A program made the translations under genes and the position numbers. 64,000 bases of DNA from Octopus vulgaris (taxonomy: Eukaryota): assembly GCA_951406725.2 (NCBI GenBank), contig OX597828.1, positions 40,858,001 to 40,922,000 on the forward strand. Reading direction: 5' to 3'. This document shows, piece by piece, positions 50,410 to 62,712 of the stretch (position 1 is its first letter; each line of letters opens with the position of its first letter). A model generated the notes under the pieces. That model was not told the origin of the DNA. It ran no database searches and saw only the letters and a list, made by a program, of their open reading frames with translations.

Positions 50410-50921
50410 TACGAAATTTTTTGCCACCCTATATTGATTAATTATGAATTTTCTGGTTAATTCCGTAATGGAATCGGCGGCTTATATTTGCTGCCGATAA
50501 ATTTGGCGCGAGTGCGATGATTTGAAAATTTTAGGTCAGATATTGCCGAGGCAGGGATAGTGGTGCCTCGTGATAATATCTGCTCGGATCTGGCTGTTCT
50601 TACTGAAGAATCTATCGGCCTATGGAAGATTGGCTTGATTTAATTTAATCAGGTTAGTTTACCATTAAACAATAGATGAAATGGTGCATCGTATAAGAAA
50701 TTACAGGGTAAATGTTTTTTAATTTTCTCCTGGTTTGCGGAATTAATGTTATTTTGCGGTTGAAGCTTTGGCTGTTATTTCTAGTGGGTGAATGGCCTAT
50801 TATGGCCATTCCTTGATTGTGATGTTGAACTTATAAATGGTCTATGACTATTTAATTTTTCCCACTAGCCGCTGGTGGCAAATAAATTCTACGAAATTTT
50901 TGCCACCCTATATTGATTAAT
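50410..50921 (+). mobile_element. 480-nt highly structured non-coding hammerhead element with ~32-bp terminal direct repeat (retrozyme-like or Penelope pseudo-LTR-like)
   Basis: TACGAAATTTTT(T)GCCACCCTATATTGATTAAT at 50410 and 50890; internal HHR; multiple G-U-containing stems; followed by (TA)n. Confidence 0.75.
50597..50699 (+). ncRNA. Type I hammerhead ribozyme with long helix II
   Basis: Helix I TTCTTA/TAAGAA; core CTGAAGA; helix II ATCTAT...ATAGAT; GAAA; helix III ATGG-TGCA-TCGT; GUA triplet, predicted cut after 50693. Confidence 0.85.
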
Positions 50922-50986
<65 letters not shown>

Positions 50987-51030
50987 CATATATACATCTA
51001 CATACACACACACACACACACATATATATA

Positions 51031-51510
51031 CAGGGTGCGATGGGTAAATTGTCACTGTTTTATATTTTTATATATGTTCATTGTTTGTTTTGGATTTTGT
51101 TGACTCATTATCTGTGAGAAAAACAGCACCATGATGCAATTCACTCTGCCAGAAATTTTGGAAATGACATGTTGTACTGCATGGCATTCATGCCAGAAGC
51201 TCCAATATGAACATTTCAGAGTGTTTGGGTGTCAATCTGAGGACATGTACCGAGAGTGATAAAAATCAAACATCCAGTCAACATTACGGTGTTTGGAGTG
51301 ATCACAAGTGATGGCGACATTATGCCTCCATTCATCTTCCCACATGGCCTCAGCCTCAACTGAGAGGCCTACATCAAGTGCCTGGAAGGTAGTGCTGCCC
51401 TGGGTCAAGAGGGTGGCTGCTGGAAGATCATATGTCTGGTAATAGGACTCTGCATCATGTCAGACAATTTTTGTGACCACATCAGCCCTAACAACTGGCC
51501 ACTAACTCCT
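51031..51510 (+). pseudogene. Degenerate Tc1/mariner (maT/DD37D-like) transposon fragment
   Basis: TA|CAGGGTG left end; KHPVNITVFGVITSDGDIMPPFIFPHGL...VLPWVKRVAAGRSYVW..DSA...NWP; stops and deletions. Confidence 0.75.
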
Positions 51511-52521
51511 AACTTGTTCCCGAGGTAGAAGTTGCTATTAGAAAATCATTGTGTGATATTTAAGTATATCCTATTGATTGGCTTTGTCTTTCAGCCTTCT
51601 GAGGTTGATAAAATAGAGTACCAGTCAAGTACCAAGATCAATACAATTTATTAAACTTTCCCCAAGTTTTTTTTTTGTGTTGTGTAATATGTAAGAAATT
51701 ATTATTTAATCTGTTTATCACTTTGTTTAGAATGACATCATAGTGTAGTTGTAAGAGACTGGAACTGGCTGGTTTGAACATAAAATAGGTAGAATTTTGG
51801 GGTCGGATATGGGCTGGTTTAAATACTAAAGGGTTAGGCAAGATATGTCCCATCAGCTGGTTTACTCTAGGTATACTACATAAGGGTGAACTCTTCAATG
51901 TAGTACCTATGATGTACTCACTGGTTTACAGGACTCACTATAACCATCATATTCTATTTATTACTTTTTTTTTATTGGGCACTAGGGGTAAGTTTTACAT
52001 GGAAAAAAACAGAAGAGATAAAAAAGAAAGGCCTTTAAATTCTCAAACACAGATCTCAGATTTTCTTTTACCTTTAGGAAAAGAGAAAAATACAAAATTT
52101 TTTTCTGAGGAAAAGGGAAGAACATATGTCCTCTCCCCACTAATAATAATAATAATAATAATGAACTGCTCTCTCACTCAATAATAATAATAATAATAAT
52201 ACTTTCTACTGGAAGCACAAGGCCTCAAATTTGGGGGAAGGGATTAAGTCGATTACATTGACCCTGGTATTTACTTAATCGACCCCGAAAGGATAAAAGG
52301 CAAAGTCAATCCTGGTGGAATTTGAACCTAGCAGCAGATGAAATACTACTAAGCATTTTGTCCAGCGTGCTAATGATTCTGCCAGCTCACCGCCTTGATA
52401 ATGATAACAACATCAACAACAACAATAATAATGACAATAATAATTAATGATAAAATAATAAAAATAATGATGATGACGATGACGATGACGACAATAATAA
52501 TGATGATGATGATAATAATAA

Positions 52522-52565
<44 letters not shown>

Positions 52566-53361
52566 TAATAATGATAATAAATAATAATAAAATAGTAGAC
52601 AAATAAGCATTGAAGATATCAAGCATTGTGTGGCTGGTGGTCTGATTTTCTGATTCTGAAAGTGCAATGATCAAAGGGATTGTTGCATAATTTGGAAGGG
52701 AACAAACAGGGTATGAAACAAAGATGTAGCTTGATTTTGTGTCAATATCTATTGTTGGCAGATGATTCTGTTTAAAAATGGCCAAAAATAAATTTCCATT
52801 TCCCTCCACACCACCCACCTCATTCCCTCAGTAAATGCATGATGTAACAGTTCTAAGTGGAAAACAAAAACAAAACAAAACAAAAACAGGATGGATATAA
52901 AAATAAAGGTAAAAAAAAAAAAAAAAACCCATCATCCTTCTATCTGCAAATACATTTTTAGCTTTGTCCTTCATCAGAATGGCTTTTTAGGAAAAATGTT
53001 CCAGATTTTGGCAAAGAAAATAAATGAAGTAAAATAAAACAAAACTCATAGAGAACAAAAATAAAATGTTCTCTTAGCTTTTAGATGACTGAATTTTTTG
53101 TTTGTGTTTGTGTAAGGTGTGTCTTCTCTTGTATCTCTGATTCTAAAAGCCTGTTCTGCTGTCAGGAGACTGTTTCTTTCTTTACACTCCTTTCTGGTAT
53201 AATCTAAATGGGAATGAAGTAAGGGCAAATAAAGTATGTATTTTTTTTGTTCCTTTTTTTTTTTTTTTAGATTTTTCCCCCTTTCTTTTTTTTTTTTTTT
53301 TGTCCCTTGCATTCCGTCAGCAGAAGACAGTTTATCAAAGTTGGCAAAGTATCAAAACTTG

Positions 53362-53395
<34 letters not shown>

Positions 53396-53877
53396 TTTTC
53401 TATGAAGCAGAAAGTTATCTCATTTCATGTTACATAATACCATACCTGCCTCCCCACTCCCCAAAAAGAGACAAAATTCTATATAATTTAGCTGGTGACT
53501 CTGTTGCTTCTCCTGTTCTCTGTTCAATACTGATGTGATGTAATAATGTCCCTGATGTTGACACACTAACATTGAAAGCAAATGAGGTTTGGAAACCATA
53601 TTTAACCCAAGATCAAAACTGACTGAGCAGAACTACAATCACAGGCATTTTAATTGTGACCATCCTGTCTTTTCTTTTCGTTTTTTTTTTTTTTTTCAGA
53701 CACTACATATCTAGTGCTGCATTATATACAATGAGCCAATCTGTTGTTTTCTAGCAGCTTCAGCAACCCCTTTGAAACCCCTGACTCTTTATGTGGTACT
53801 TGCTCTTCTAGAAATAACAGCTGAAGCTTCTCAGCACCCTACTGTTGTTAAACGGTAGAGGGTAATAGAAAAAGGTA

Positions 53878-54350
53878 AGGTGGCGAGCTGTCAGAAACAT
53901 TAGCATGCTGGACGAAATGCTTAGTGGTATTTCATCTGCGGCGAACTGGCAGAAGCGTTAGCACGCCGGGCGAAATGCTTTGCAGTATTTCGTCTGCCGT
54001 TATGTTGTGAGTTCAAATTCCGCCGAGGTCGACTTTACCTTTCATCCTTTCGGGGTCGATAAATTAAGCACCAGTTACGCACTGGGGTCGATGTAATCGA
54101 CTTAATACCTATGTCTGTCCTTGTTTGTCCCCTCTATGTTTAGCCCCTTGTGGGTAATAAAGAAACAGGTATTTCATCTGCTGTTACGCTCTGAGTTCAA
54201 ATTCCACCGAGATTGACTTTGCCTTTCATCTTTTGGGGTCAATAAATTAAGTACCAGATACACACTGGGGTTGATGTAATCGACTTAATCCCTTTGTCTG
54301 TCCTTGTTTGTCCCTTCTATATTTAGCCCCTTGTGGGCAATAAAGAAAGA
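53878..54350 (+). mobile_element. Nested/tandem SINE C copies
   Basis: A complete copy (~53938-54170) lies inside another; GGTATTTCATCTGC is duplicated at ~53926 and ~54168. Confidence 0.8.
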
Positions 54351-57267
54351 AGAAGGTAATAGAAAATGCAGTCCTACTGAGCACCATTTTTTTCTTCTTT
54401 TCTTATCTTTCTGTTAGTAGGAAAGATGGTGGCTAAGACCCTTCTGAGGGAGAATAGGTATCCTCCCACTTGAAATCTGGCCCAAATGCTTACAACAGAT
54501 TTGGAGCCCTGCTAAAGCAGAGGTCCCTGACCACTGAGTTGCGAACAAGTACAGGACCACCGATCATTTGATACCAAACTGCACAGACAGAATAAATTTT
54601 TAAATTTTGAGTTGTATTATTTATATATATTGGTTTCAAATTTTGACACAAGGCTAGCAATTTCAGGGGAGAAGTTAAATCAATTACATCGACCCCAGTA
54701 CTCAACAGGTACTTATTTCATCAAACCTCACCCCCCACCCCCAACTGAAAGTATGAAAGGCAAAGTCGACCTCAGCAGAATCTGAACTCAGAACATAAAG
54801 ATGGACGAAATATTGCTAAGCATTTTGCTCAGTCTGTTAACAATTGTTAGCTTGTTGCCCTAGCTGTGTTATCTATGATAATAATCACAAAATTCTGTCT
54901 GTCTGGGACCCCTGTTTCTCACTCTCTATGCTCTACATAGAGATATTATACCTTTTCAGAATCAGGATGATCCTCGGATTGAAAATCTGCCCTTCATTTG
55001 CTTTTTGAACATCCAGCATTGGGATCTGATTTAAAAGTATTTGGGTTGCTATTTCTAGCTGATTCACACCATTTTGGTTGGTGTTTGTCAGAGATCAAGA
55101 GGGAGATAAATGACTTTTGTTTTTGTTAATTTTATGTCAAGATAAGAACTTTAGGACAAATTGGCCAACAGTTTGAATTCAAATTGGGTCTGGAAAAATA
55201 GAATGATTGCATTACAGAATTAATTCTCATCTGTCCTTAACACCACTGGGGCATATAGTCATTATAGATGTATTATAATCATGCTATCTAGCTATCTTTA
55301 GTTTTGGGCCACAGGCCCATTTAACCCTCCACAGGATCTAGTTTAAAAGTCAGCATGGAGGGCAGCTTTTAAGCTAGTATATATGACAATGTAATAATTA
55401 CTACATTTGCATTAAATATGTAACAATTAAATTATATATTATGCACTTTATTGCGTTTTGTTATGTGTAAATGTTTGGAGGACAACTGCGTAAAAAGGCA
55501 CCCAAAGAGCCAGATGATGATGTTAAACCAGGTGATGGTGTGAGTCTACTATGCAAATAGGCTTTGGTGGGATTTGAACTCAGAATACAAAAAGCCAAAC
55601 AAAAAAATACCACGAGGTGTTTGGTTTGATGTTCTTACAGTTCCTCAAATTCATTGCATTGGATTGGAACTATTTTATTGGACCCTGAAATGATGAAAGG
55701 CAAAGCTGACTTCAAGGTGAAATAATCAGGGCTGCATTGTCTTTGATCATAGGTTTGCTATCTTAGGACATATGTGGAGCTAAACAGTGATGATGACATC
55801 TTGAGTGATCTCACAGTAACTGTTGCACCCAACAAGCTCTAACTTCCTTATTTCTCACACGCACACCTTACACTTCACCTGTCTCACAATAACCTCGATA
55901 ACCTCATTCATTTATTAGTAATGTATATAATATATTTGTGGAGGCATGTGGCCTAGTGATTAGGATGTTGCATTCATGATTGCTAGATTGTGGGTTCAAT
56001 TCCCAAGCCGGACAGCACATTGTGTTCTTGAGTCAAACACTCCTTTTCCCATTGTTCCAGTCCACTCATCTGTAAATGGAGAACCCTGCAATGGAATAGT
56101 CTTCTGATCGAGGGGAACACCGTCCTGCTCACCTAGCTAGGAGGATGGCATCATTCTAAGGCTAAATCAATGCAAAGTGCACTGTGACCAGGCAATGTAT
56201 TACAACATCTGATAGTCTGTGATATAATGTATTTAACTAGTGTTGTATATTATTATTAAATTCATGATGAAACTAAGTCTGTGATAATGTTTTGCTTCAG
56301 TTAAGTTTGTGTCATTTCAGCTATGTCACAAATACCCTTACGGAAAAGAGAAGACTGTTCCACCATCTCATATATCGTACTCCACCTCTTCTATAAAACC
56401 AAAACTTTGTGTCTATATATAAAAAAAAAAGAAAGGTAAAAAAATAATAAAGAATGAAATAAAATGTTTGGGTAGTAGAAATTTGATGAAAAAACAAATC
56501 AATATTGTATTTGATTGCATGTTTTTGAAACACTGACCTTTTAACAGCCGATATTCAATTCAACACCCTATGAAAGATATTGATACTCTATAACGAAAAT
56601 AAGTTGTTTTTTTTTATAAATATTCAATGACTGCATGGTCCTTCAACTCATCCTTCTCCTTCACCACCACACATACACACAAATCAGTGTTATTGTAAAA
56701 TCATTGATAATGTTTGATGTTCAAACTCATTGTTAGCAGATGTCTAATTGTTATTCCAATCAAAATATTCAGTAAAAAATAATTACCTGTTTGATAAATC
56801 CCAATATTATTTTAAAATTTAGAAAAATAAAACAAAAACAAAACAAGACAGAAAAGAACAACAACAATAGCAATAATAATAGGTAAACAAATAAATAAAG
56901 GAAGCCTTACATTATTTATTCAATATGCTTTATTTACAAAGTGTAGAATGGAAATTCTCCATCAATTCTTCTCATATCTATTTAATATGTCATGGTTTTG
57001 GTTCTGGGTTTTGTGTGGAGTTTTTATCTTTTTTCTTTTACTTAGGTTAAATATAAAACAACACAAACAATATCGGAGAAAATTCTTTATTCAGCTTAAT
57101 TATGTTGTATTATTATCATATACAATACATTACATTTAATTCATTCAATTCTTAACCTCTTCTGCTCCTATTTCCAACTTTGTTCTCTCTCTCTCTCTTT
57201 CTCACACACACACACAGACACACACAGCTAAAGCAACTTGGATAGACCAATTTGCATTTATCATGGT

Positions 57268-57443
57268 GCAGGTTTGAATCTGTAATTGGGAAAAATTGCT
57301 TCCTAGCCACATGGTTTTTGGTTCTATCCCTCTGTGTGACAACCTGGTGTCTTCTACTATAGCCTCAAGCCAATCAAATCCTTGTGAGACTATTTGGAAA
57401 ATGGAAACTGAAAGAAGCCTTTGAAATATGTGTGTGTGTATGC

Positions 57444-57493
<50 letters not shown>

Positions 57494-57700
57494 TCTTTTA
57501 TTCTTTCAGTTATTTTGACTGTGGCCATGCTGGAGCACCACCTTTAGTCAAGCAAATCGACCCTAGGACTTATTCTTTGTAAGCCTAGTACTTATTCTGT
57601 TGGTCTTTTGCTTAACCGCTAAGTTATGGGGATACAAACACACCAGCGTCGGTTGTCAAGTGATGTTGGGGAGGATAAACACACACACACACAAACATAT

Positions 57701-57764
<64 letters not shown>

Positions 57765-57890
57765 ATACGATGGGTTTTTCTTTCAGTTTCTGTCTACCAA
57801 ATCCACTCACAAGGCTTTGGTCGGCCTGAGGCTACAGTAGAAGACACTTGCCCAAGGTGCCACGCAGTGGTACTGAACCTGGAACCAACC
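57268..57890. mobile_element. SINE A 5' half (+) followed by a reverse SINE A
   Basis: Same arrangement as 368-915. Confidence 0.75.
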
Positions 57891-58859
57891 ACTGAATAAC
57901 TAGTTCAGTTGCAGATGGGTCTCTTCTGGTGATTACAAGATGTATCTCATTAAAATAACGTCTATTCCACAAGAGTTCTTCTAGGTTCGTGTATAGAAAA
58001 GCAGCAAATTAAGGGACACAGCTTTGTTATTACAGAAGATCAATAATAAATATCAAATGCAAAAAAAAAAACAAATACACAATACAATGTGTGTGTGTGT
58101 GTGTGTGTGTCTATTTGTGTGTATAACTGTGTATGGTGGTGTCTCCCTGTCCTGACATTGTGTGATAGTTTCAAATGAGTGTCTCTTTCATACAAGCTGT
58201 TCATTTCCAATATTCAACAGAAACAAGTTCGGGCATGAGGGAATATTACCTTAATTGCAAACAGGTGAGGGTTGGGCATCCAGACATAGATTTCAAAAAT
58301 CTGCTTCAATAAACTTTGTTTGACCCATGCAAGCATGGAAAATTGGTCATAATAGAGATGAGGATCAATGCAATTATGGGGGCTAGTTTGATCAATAAAG
58401 TACTAATGCATTTACAGCATTTGTCAATATATAGTGTTGTTTAAAAATCTATAGATATGTTCTGTAGTAGAGTAGGACATTGAAACAAAACACTTCAATA
58501 CATGGTAATATAGATGTAGTCTGTGTACAACAGAAAAAATATAAATCTTGATCATCTTAATTTGTTTTTATGGGATTTTTCTTCTCTCTGGAAGCATGTG
58601 AGAATGTTTGATATGGTTTTCTCAAAGACACCCCATTTTATCAAGGTTCCATGGATTCCTTGACTTTTGAGTTTCCAGATATATTGGAAAAGAGATGTAG
58701 AGTCGATTCTGTATCTGGATCTGAAGGAGTGTATCTGTTGTGTGTATTGAGTTTGAAAGATGTTCTATGTAAGCCATTTATAGGCTTTTATGCACAATAG
58801 CTTTCAATAAGCGTTTATCATAACTTTATTACTTCACATTAGATAAACTCACTGATTTA

Positions 58860-59330
58860 ATAATAAGGACCAAAAATAGGAAAGCATCTGGCCTTGATAA
58901 CATACCACAAGAAGGTTGGAAAGCAGAGGCATTCAGTGATAACCTTTCTCAATTTTGAAATGCTACATATGATCAAAACCCAACAGGGAGCTGAACTGAA
59001 AGTTGCAGTCTTCCATTCCACTCCTGAAAGAAAGGGATTTAAGCTTGGCTAAAAATAACTGAGGGTCCACTTTTAAAGTGATAGAAACAAATATTTACAA
59101 CAAATTGTTGTCTAACTGTATATAGCCAGAATCCTAGAAGGTTTTACAAAGAAACCAAAATGGGTTCAGGACAGATTTAAACAATCTGAAGAATCACCAA
59201 GAGAGACAGGAATTACAAAATCTACAAGCAGTCTTAGTGTTTGTAGACTTCTCATAGACTTTAGATTCTGTCCTCAGATACAAAATGGAACAAATTCTCA
59301 TCACATATAGTGACCCTCAGAAAGTTTTTA
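58860..59330 (+). pseudogene. Highly degenerate LINE reverse transcriptase N-terminal fragment
   Basis: KASGLDNIP, KKG.L...NNRG, RNQNGFR and AVLVFVDFS motifs interrupted by stops and frameshifts. Confidence 0.7.
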
Positions 59331-59599
59331 GCATCAGAAGTTTTCACTATCATCATTCAATGTCTGGAAAACAGACATCAAATGATGGTGGTGATGATGA
59401 TGGTGATTGTTTTAAATCCTCTTTTTCATGCTTGTTTGGATCAGATGGAACTTAGTCAACCGAAATTGCGAGGATGATCCAGTTCTTGACTGAAGATTAG
59501 AGGCTTCGAATGACCCGTCCGTTTTTTGTATCGTCTATTTGAATGTTTTGCGTTCTAGTCCCATTTTGTATTTATATATATATATATATTTATATATAT

Positions 59600-60175
59600 A
59601 TCATCATCATCATCATAATTGTTTAACGTCCACTTTCCATGCTGGCATGGGTTGGATGTTTTGATTGAGGACTGACAACCCAGAAGGCTACACCAGGCTC
59701 CAATTTGATCTAGCAAAGTTTCTACTGCTGGATGTCCTTCCTATCACCAACTACTCCGTGAGTGTAGTGGGTGCTTTTTACGTGCCAGACAAGCAGCACT
59801 GGCAATAACCATGCTTGAATGGTGTTTTTTTTATGTGCCACCAGCACAGGTGCCAGTCAGGTGATACTGGCATCAGCCACGACAATGATTTCTCTTGACT
59901 CAACAGGTCTTCTCAAGCAGTTTATTGCCCAATGATTGAAGGGTACTCTTAAATAGGCCAGTTATGCTGCACTGGCGTAGTCCACGGTTATGGTCTCACT
60001 TGGCTTTCCGGGTCTTCTCAAGCAGAGCATATTTCCAACAGTCTTGGTTGCTCATCATTGCCTCTGTGAGGCCCAACATTCAAAGGTCATGCTTCACCAC
60101 CTCATCCCAGGTCTACCTCTTCCACAGGTTCCCTCCACTGTTAGGGTGTGACACTTTTTCACACAGCTGTCCTCA
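59600..60175 (-). mobile_element. RTE LINE 3' end: ORF2 terminus continuous with the family B sequence
   Basis: EDSCVKKCHTLTVEGTCGRGRP on the minus strand, followed by the family B body and (GAT)n tail. Confidence 0.7.
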
Positions 60176-60232
60176 CACACACTCATACATGCACGTATGT
60201 ATATATATATATATTTAAGTATATATATATAA

Positions 60233-60277
<45 letters not shown>

Positions 60278-60430
60278 CAAACTAATAATAATATGACAAC
60301 AAAAGAATGAATGAGACCTCGATATTATGTAAATAGAGGAATCTATCTATAATAGAATATGTGACAATTAGTCAGTTGCCATGTAACATATTTTATTACA
60401 TATATATATATATTTAAGTATATATATGTA

Positions 60431-60462
<32 letters not shown>

Positions 60463-60558
60463 CATACATATATATATATATATACTTAAATATATATTTA
60501 AGTATATATACGTATGTGTATATATATATATATATATATATTTAAGTATATATATGTA

Positions 60559-60618
<60 letters not shown>

Positions 60619-61261
60619 CTTAAATATATATTTAAGTATATATACGTATGTGTATATATATATATATAGTATATATATATATACCACACACACACACATA
60701 TACACACATTCGTGGGTGTGTATATAAACTTATATGTATGCTTATACATGTACAAAGAAACTTGCTCAACAAAAATCTTGGTGTTGTATGAATGAATGCA
60801 TTGTTCTTCTATCACGAACTGGTGCATTTCTAAACATTTTTTTCTCTATTTCACCGACTCACATCAACTAAAACTTTCCATGCCACTCCATTTCAATTGT
60901 CCATCTTTTATTTTTGAAGTTCTGTGCCAACACGAGGCAATGGTTTCTGACACTCACTGTAAATCATTGTCAGGATTTTCCTCTGTAATATATCTCTTTT
61001 CACGTGAAAGTTCTTAGAGATGTAACAGATGCTTCTTTTGATATATGCTATGGTTTGCATTGATGTATGCTATAGCATTATGCTTCTCTGTTTCGACTCT
61101 GCCTTTCATCTCTCATTTCCCTCCCTCTCTCTTTTGTATTCTCCTTCTTTCTTTCTTTTTTTCTCTCTTAGATTGGTAAATACCAGTAATATATCCATAT
61201 CTGGACATTCACCTTGTTATTTAGTGGTATGATTATTTGAAGAAGTAGGCACAAGTTGCTT

Positions 61262-61322
61262 CCAAGTGGTTATGAGTGCAGGCTACTAACCCCAAGATTC
61301 TGAGTTTGATTCCAGGCAGTGA

Positions 61323-61410
<88 letters not shown>

Positions 61411-61417
61411 GATAATG

Positions 61418-61468
<51 letters not shown>

Positions 61469-61620
61469 TCAAGTACCTTAGGAATGAGAACTGAGGTTCG
61501 AAATTTCCCCAAGACACCTGATGAAGGTTGGTGGGTATATCAGCCCAAACGTTGTGTTAACAACAAACAAGATGAGGACAAATATCCGTCAAATATAAAT
61601 AATGTAAATAATGTAAAAAT
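61262..61620 (+). mobile_element. SINE-like element: tRNA head - (AAT)n - hammerhead-bearing tail
   Basis: AGTGGTTATGAGTGCAGGCTACTAACCCCAAGATTCTGAGTTTGATTCC head; GACAC-CTGATGA-A-GGTTG GTGGGTATAT CAGCC-CAAAC-GTT-GTGTT at 61513-61558. Confidence 0.7.
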
Positions 61621-61961
61621 TGGGAAATACAATGACAAAACCAGATTAATCCACTCTATTGCAAAACTCCAGTAATCACTGTCTATTTACTATCCTTTTC
61701 AGAAGAGGAGTCCCCACTTGAAATGTTTTTATCTTCTTTTAAGTGCCCATGTGCAGGTAGCTTTGTCTTTTTAATTGGTTAAGAGAAATATATCAAGAAT
61801 AAGTCTGAATAATAGGTCTAGATAGGCGAACCATTTGATAATGTTACAAAATAAATGTATATGTGTGTGTATATATGTGTGTATATGTGTATATATATAT
61901 GTGTATATATATGTGTATATATATGTGTATATATGTATATTATATCTTATATGTGTGTATG

Positions 61962-61997
<36 letters not shown>

Positions 61998-62655
61998 TAT
62001 ATGCATACATTTATCATATACATAAACACACACATATAATGTGTGTGTATACACACATACATGCATATACATATATTTACACATCTATATTACTTGTGTT
62101 TACAGTCTATTTGATTAGTCTTGTGTCTTGTCCAAGTTGAAAGGATAAATAAAATAAAGTCTTGTAAGGGAGACAGGGGTGGGGTGGGGTTGTTTTTATT
62201 TACTTTCACTTTTTGTAGTCTTTCCAAGTGAAGGCAGCAATAGTTCCTGACTGTATGCCATGGAAAAATCAATTGAATTGTAATTATATGTCTACACACG
62301 TACACACACGCACACATACACACACGCACATACACACACACCTCACACATAGATATATGCACGTATGTAATAGACATACATATAATCATATATGTATGTG
62401 TATGTGTCATATGAGTTTGTATGTATATGTGTGTGTGTTTGTTTGTATATGTGTGCGTATATGCAGTCATATAAAGGTACATTATGTACATGTCTGTGTA
62501 TGCATGTATGAATGTATACATGCATACACACTCATATTTATAGCTAGATAGACAGATTGATGCATAGATATATGGACACAGACTTGCAGGGAGAGAAAGA
62601 GTCAAGAGATGGATAGATAGGAGAGAGAGAGAAGAGATAGATAGGACAGACAGAC

Positions 62656-62703
<48 letters not shown>

Positions 62704-62712
62704 GGATAGATA

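Noticed and set aside
53046-53312. Possible host exon (splice-like signals on both strands)
   Set aside because: No recognisable protein, stops in all plus-strand frames, no partner exons; the short ORFs at 19629-19703 and 54960-55034 were rejected for the same reasons
59455-59575. CpG-rich fragment with GAAA and CTGAAGA motifs next to (TA)n
   Set aside because: No helix I in a type II or III topology; at most a truncated element end. The CTGAAGA at 16421 fails similarly
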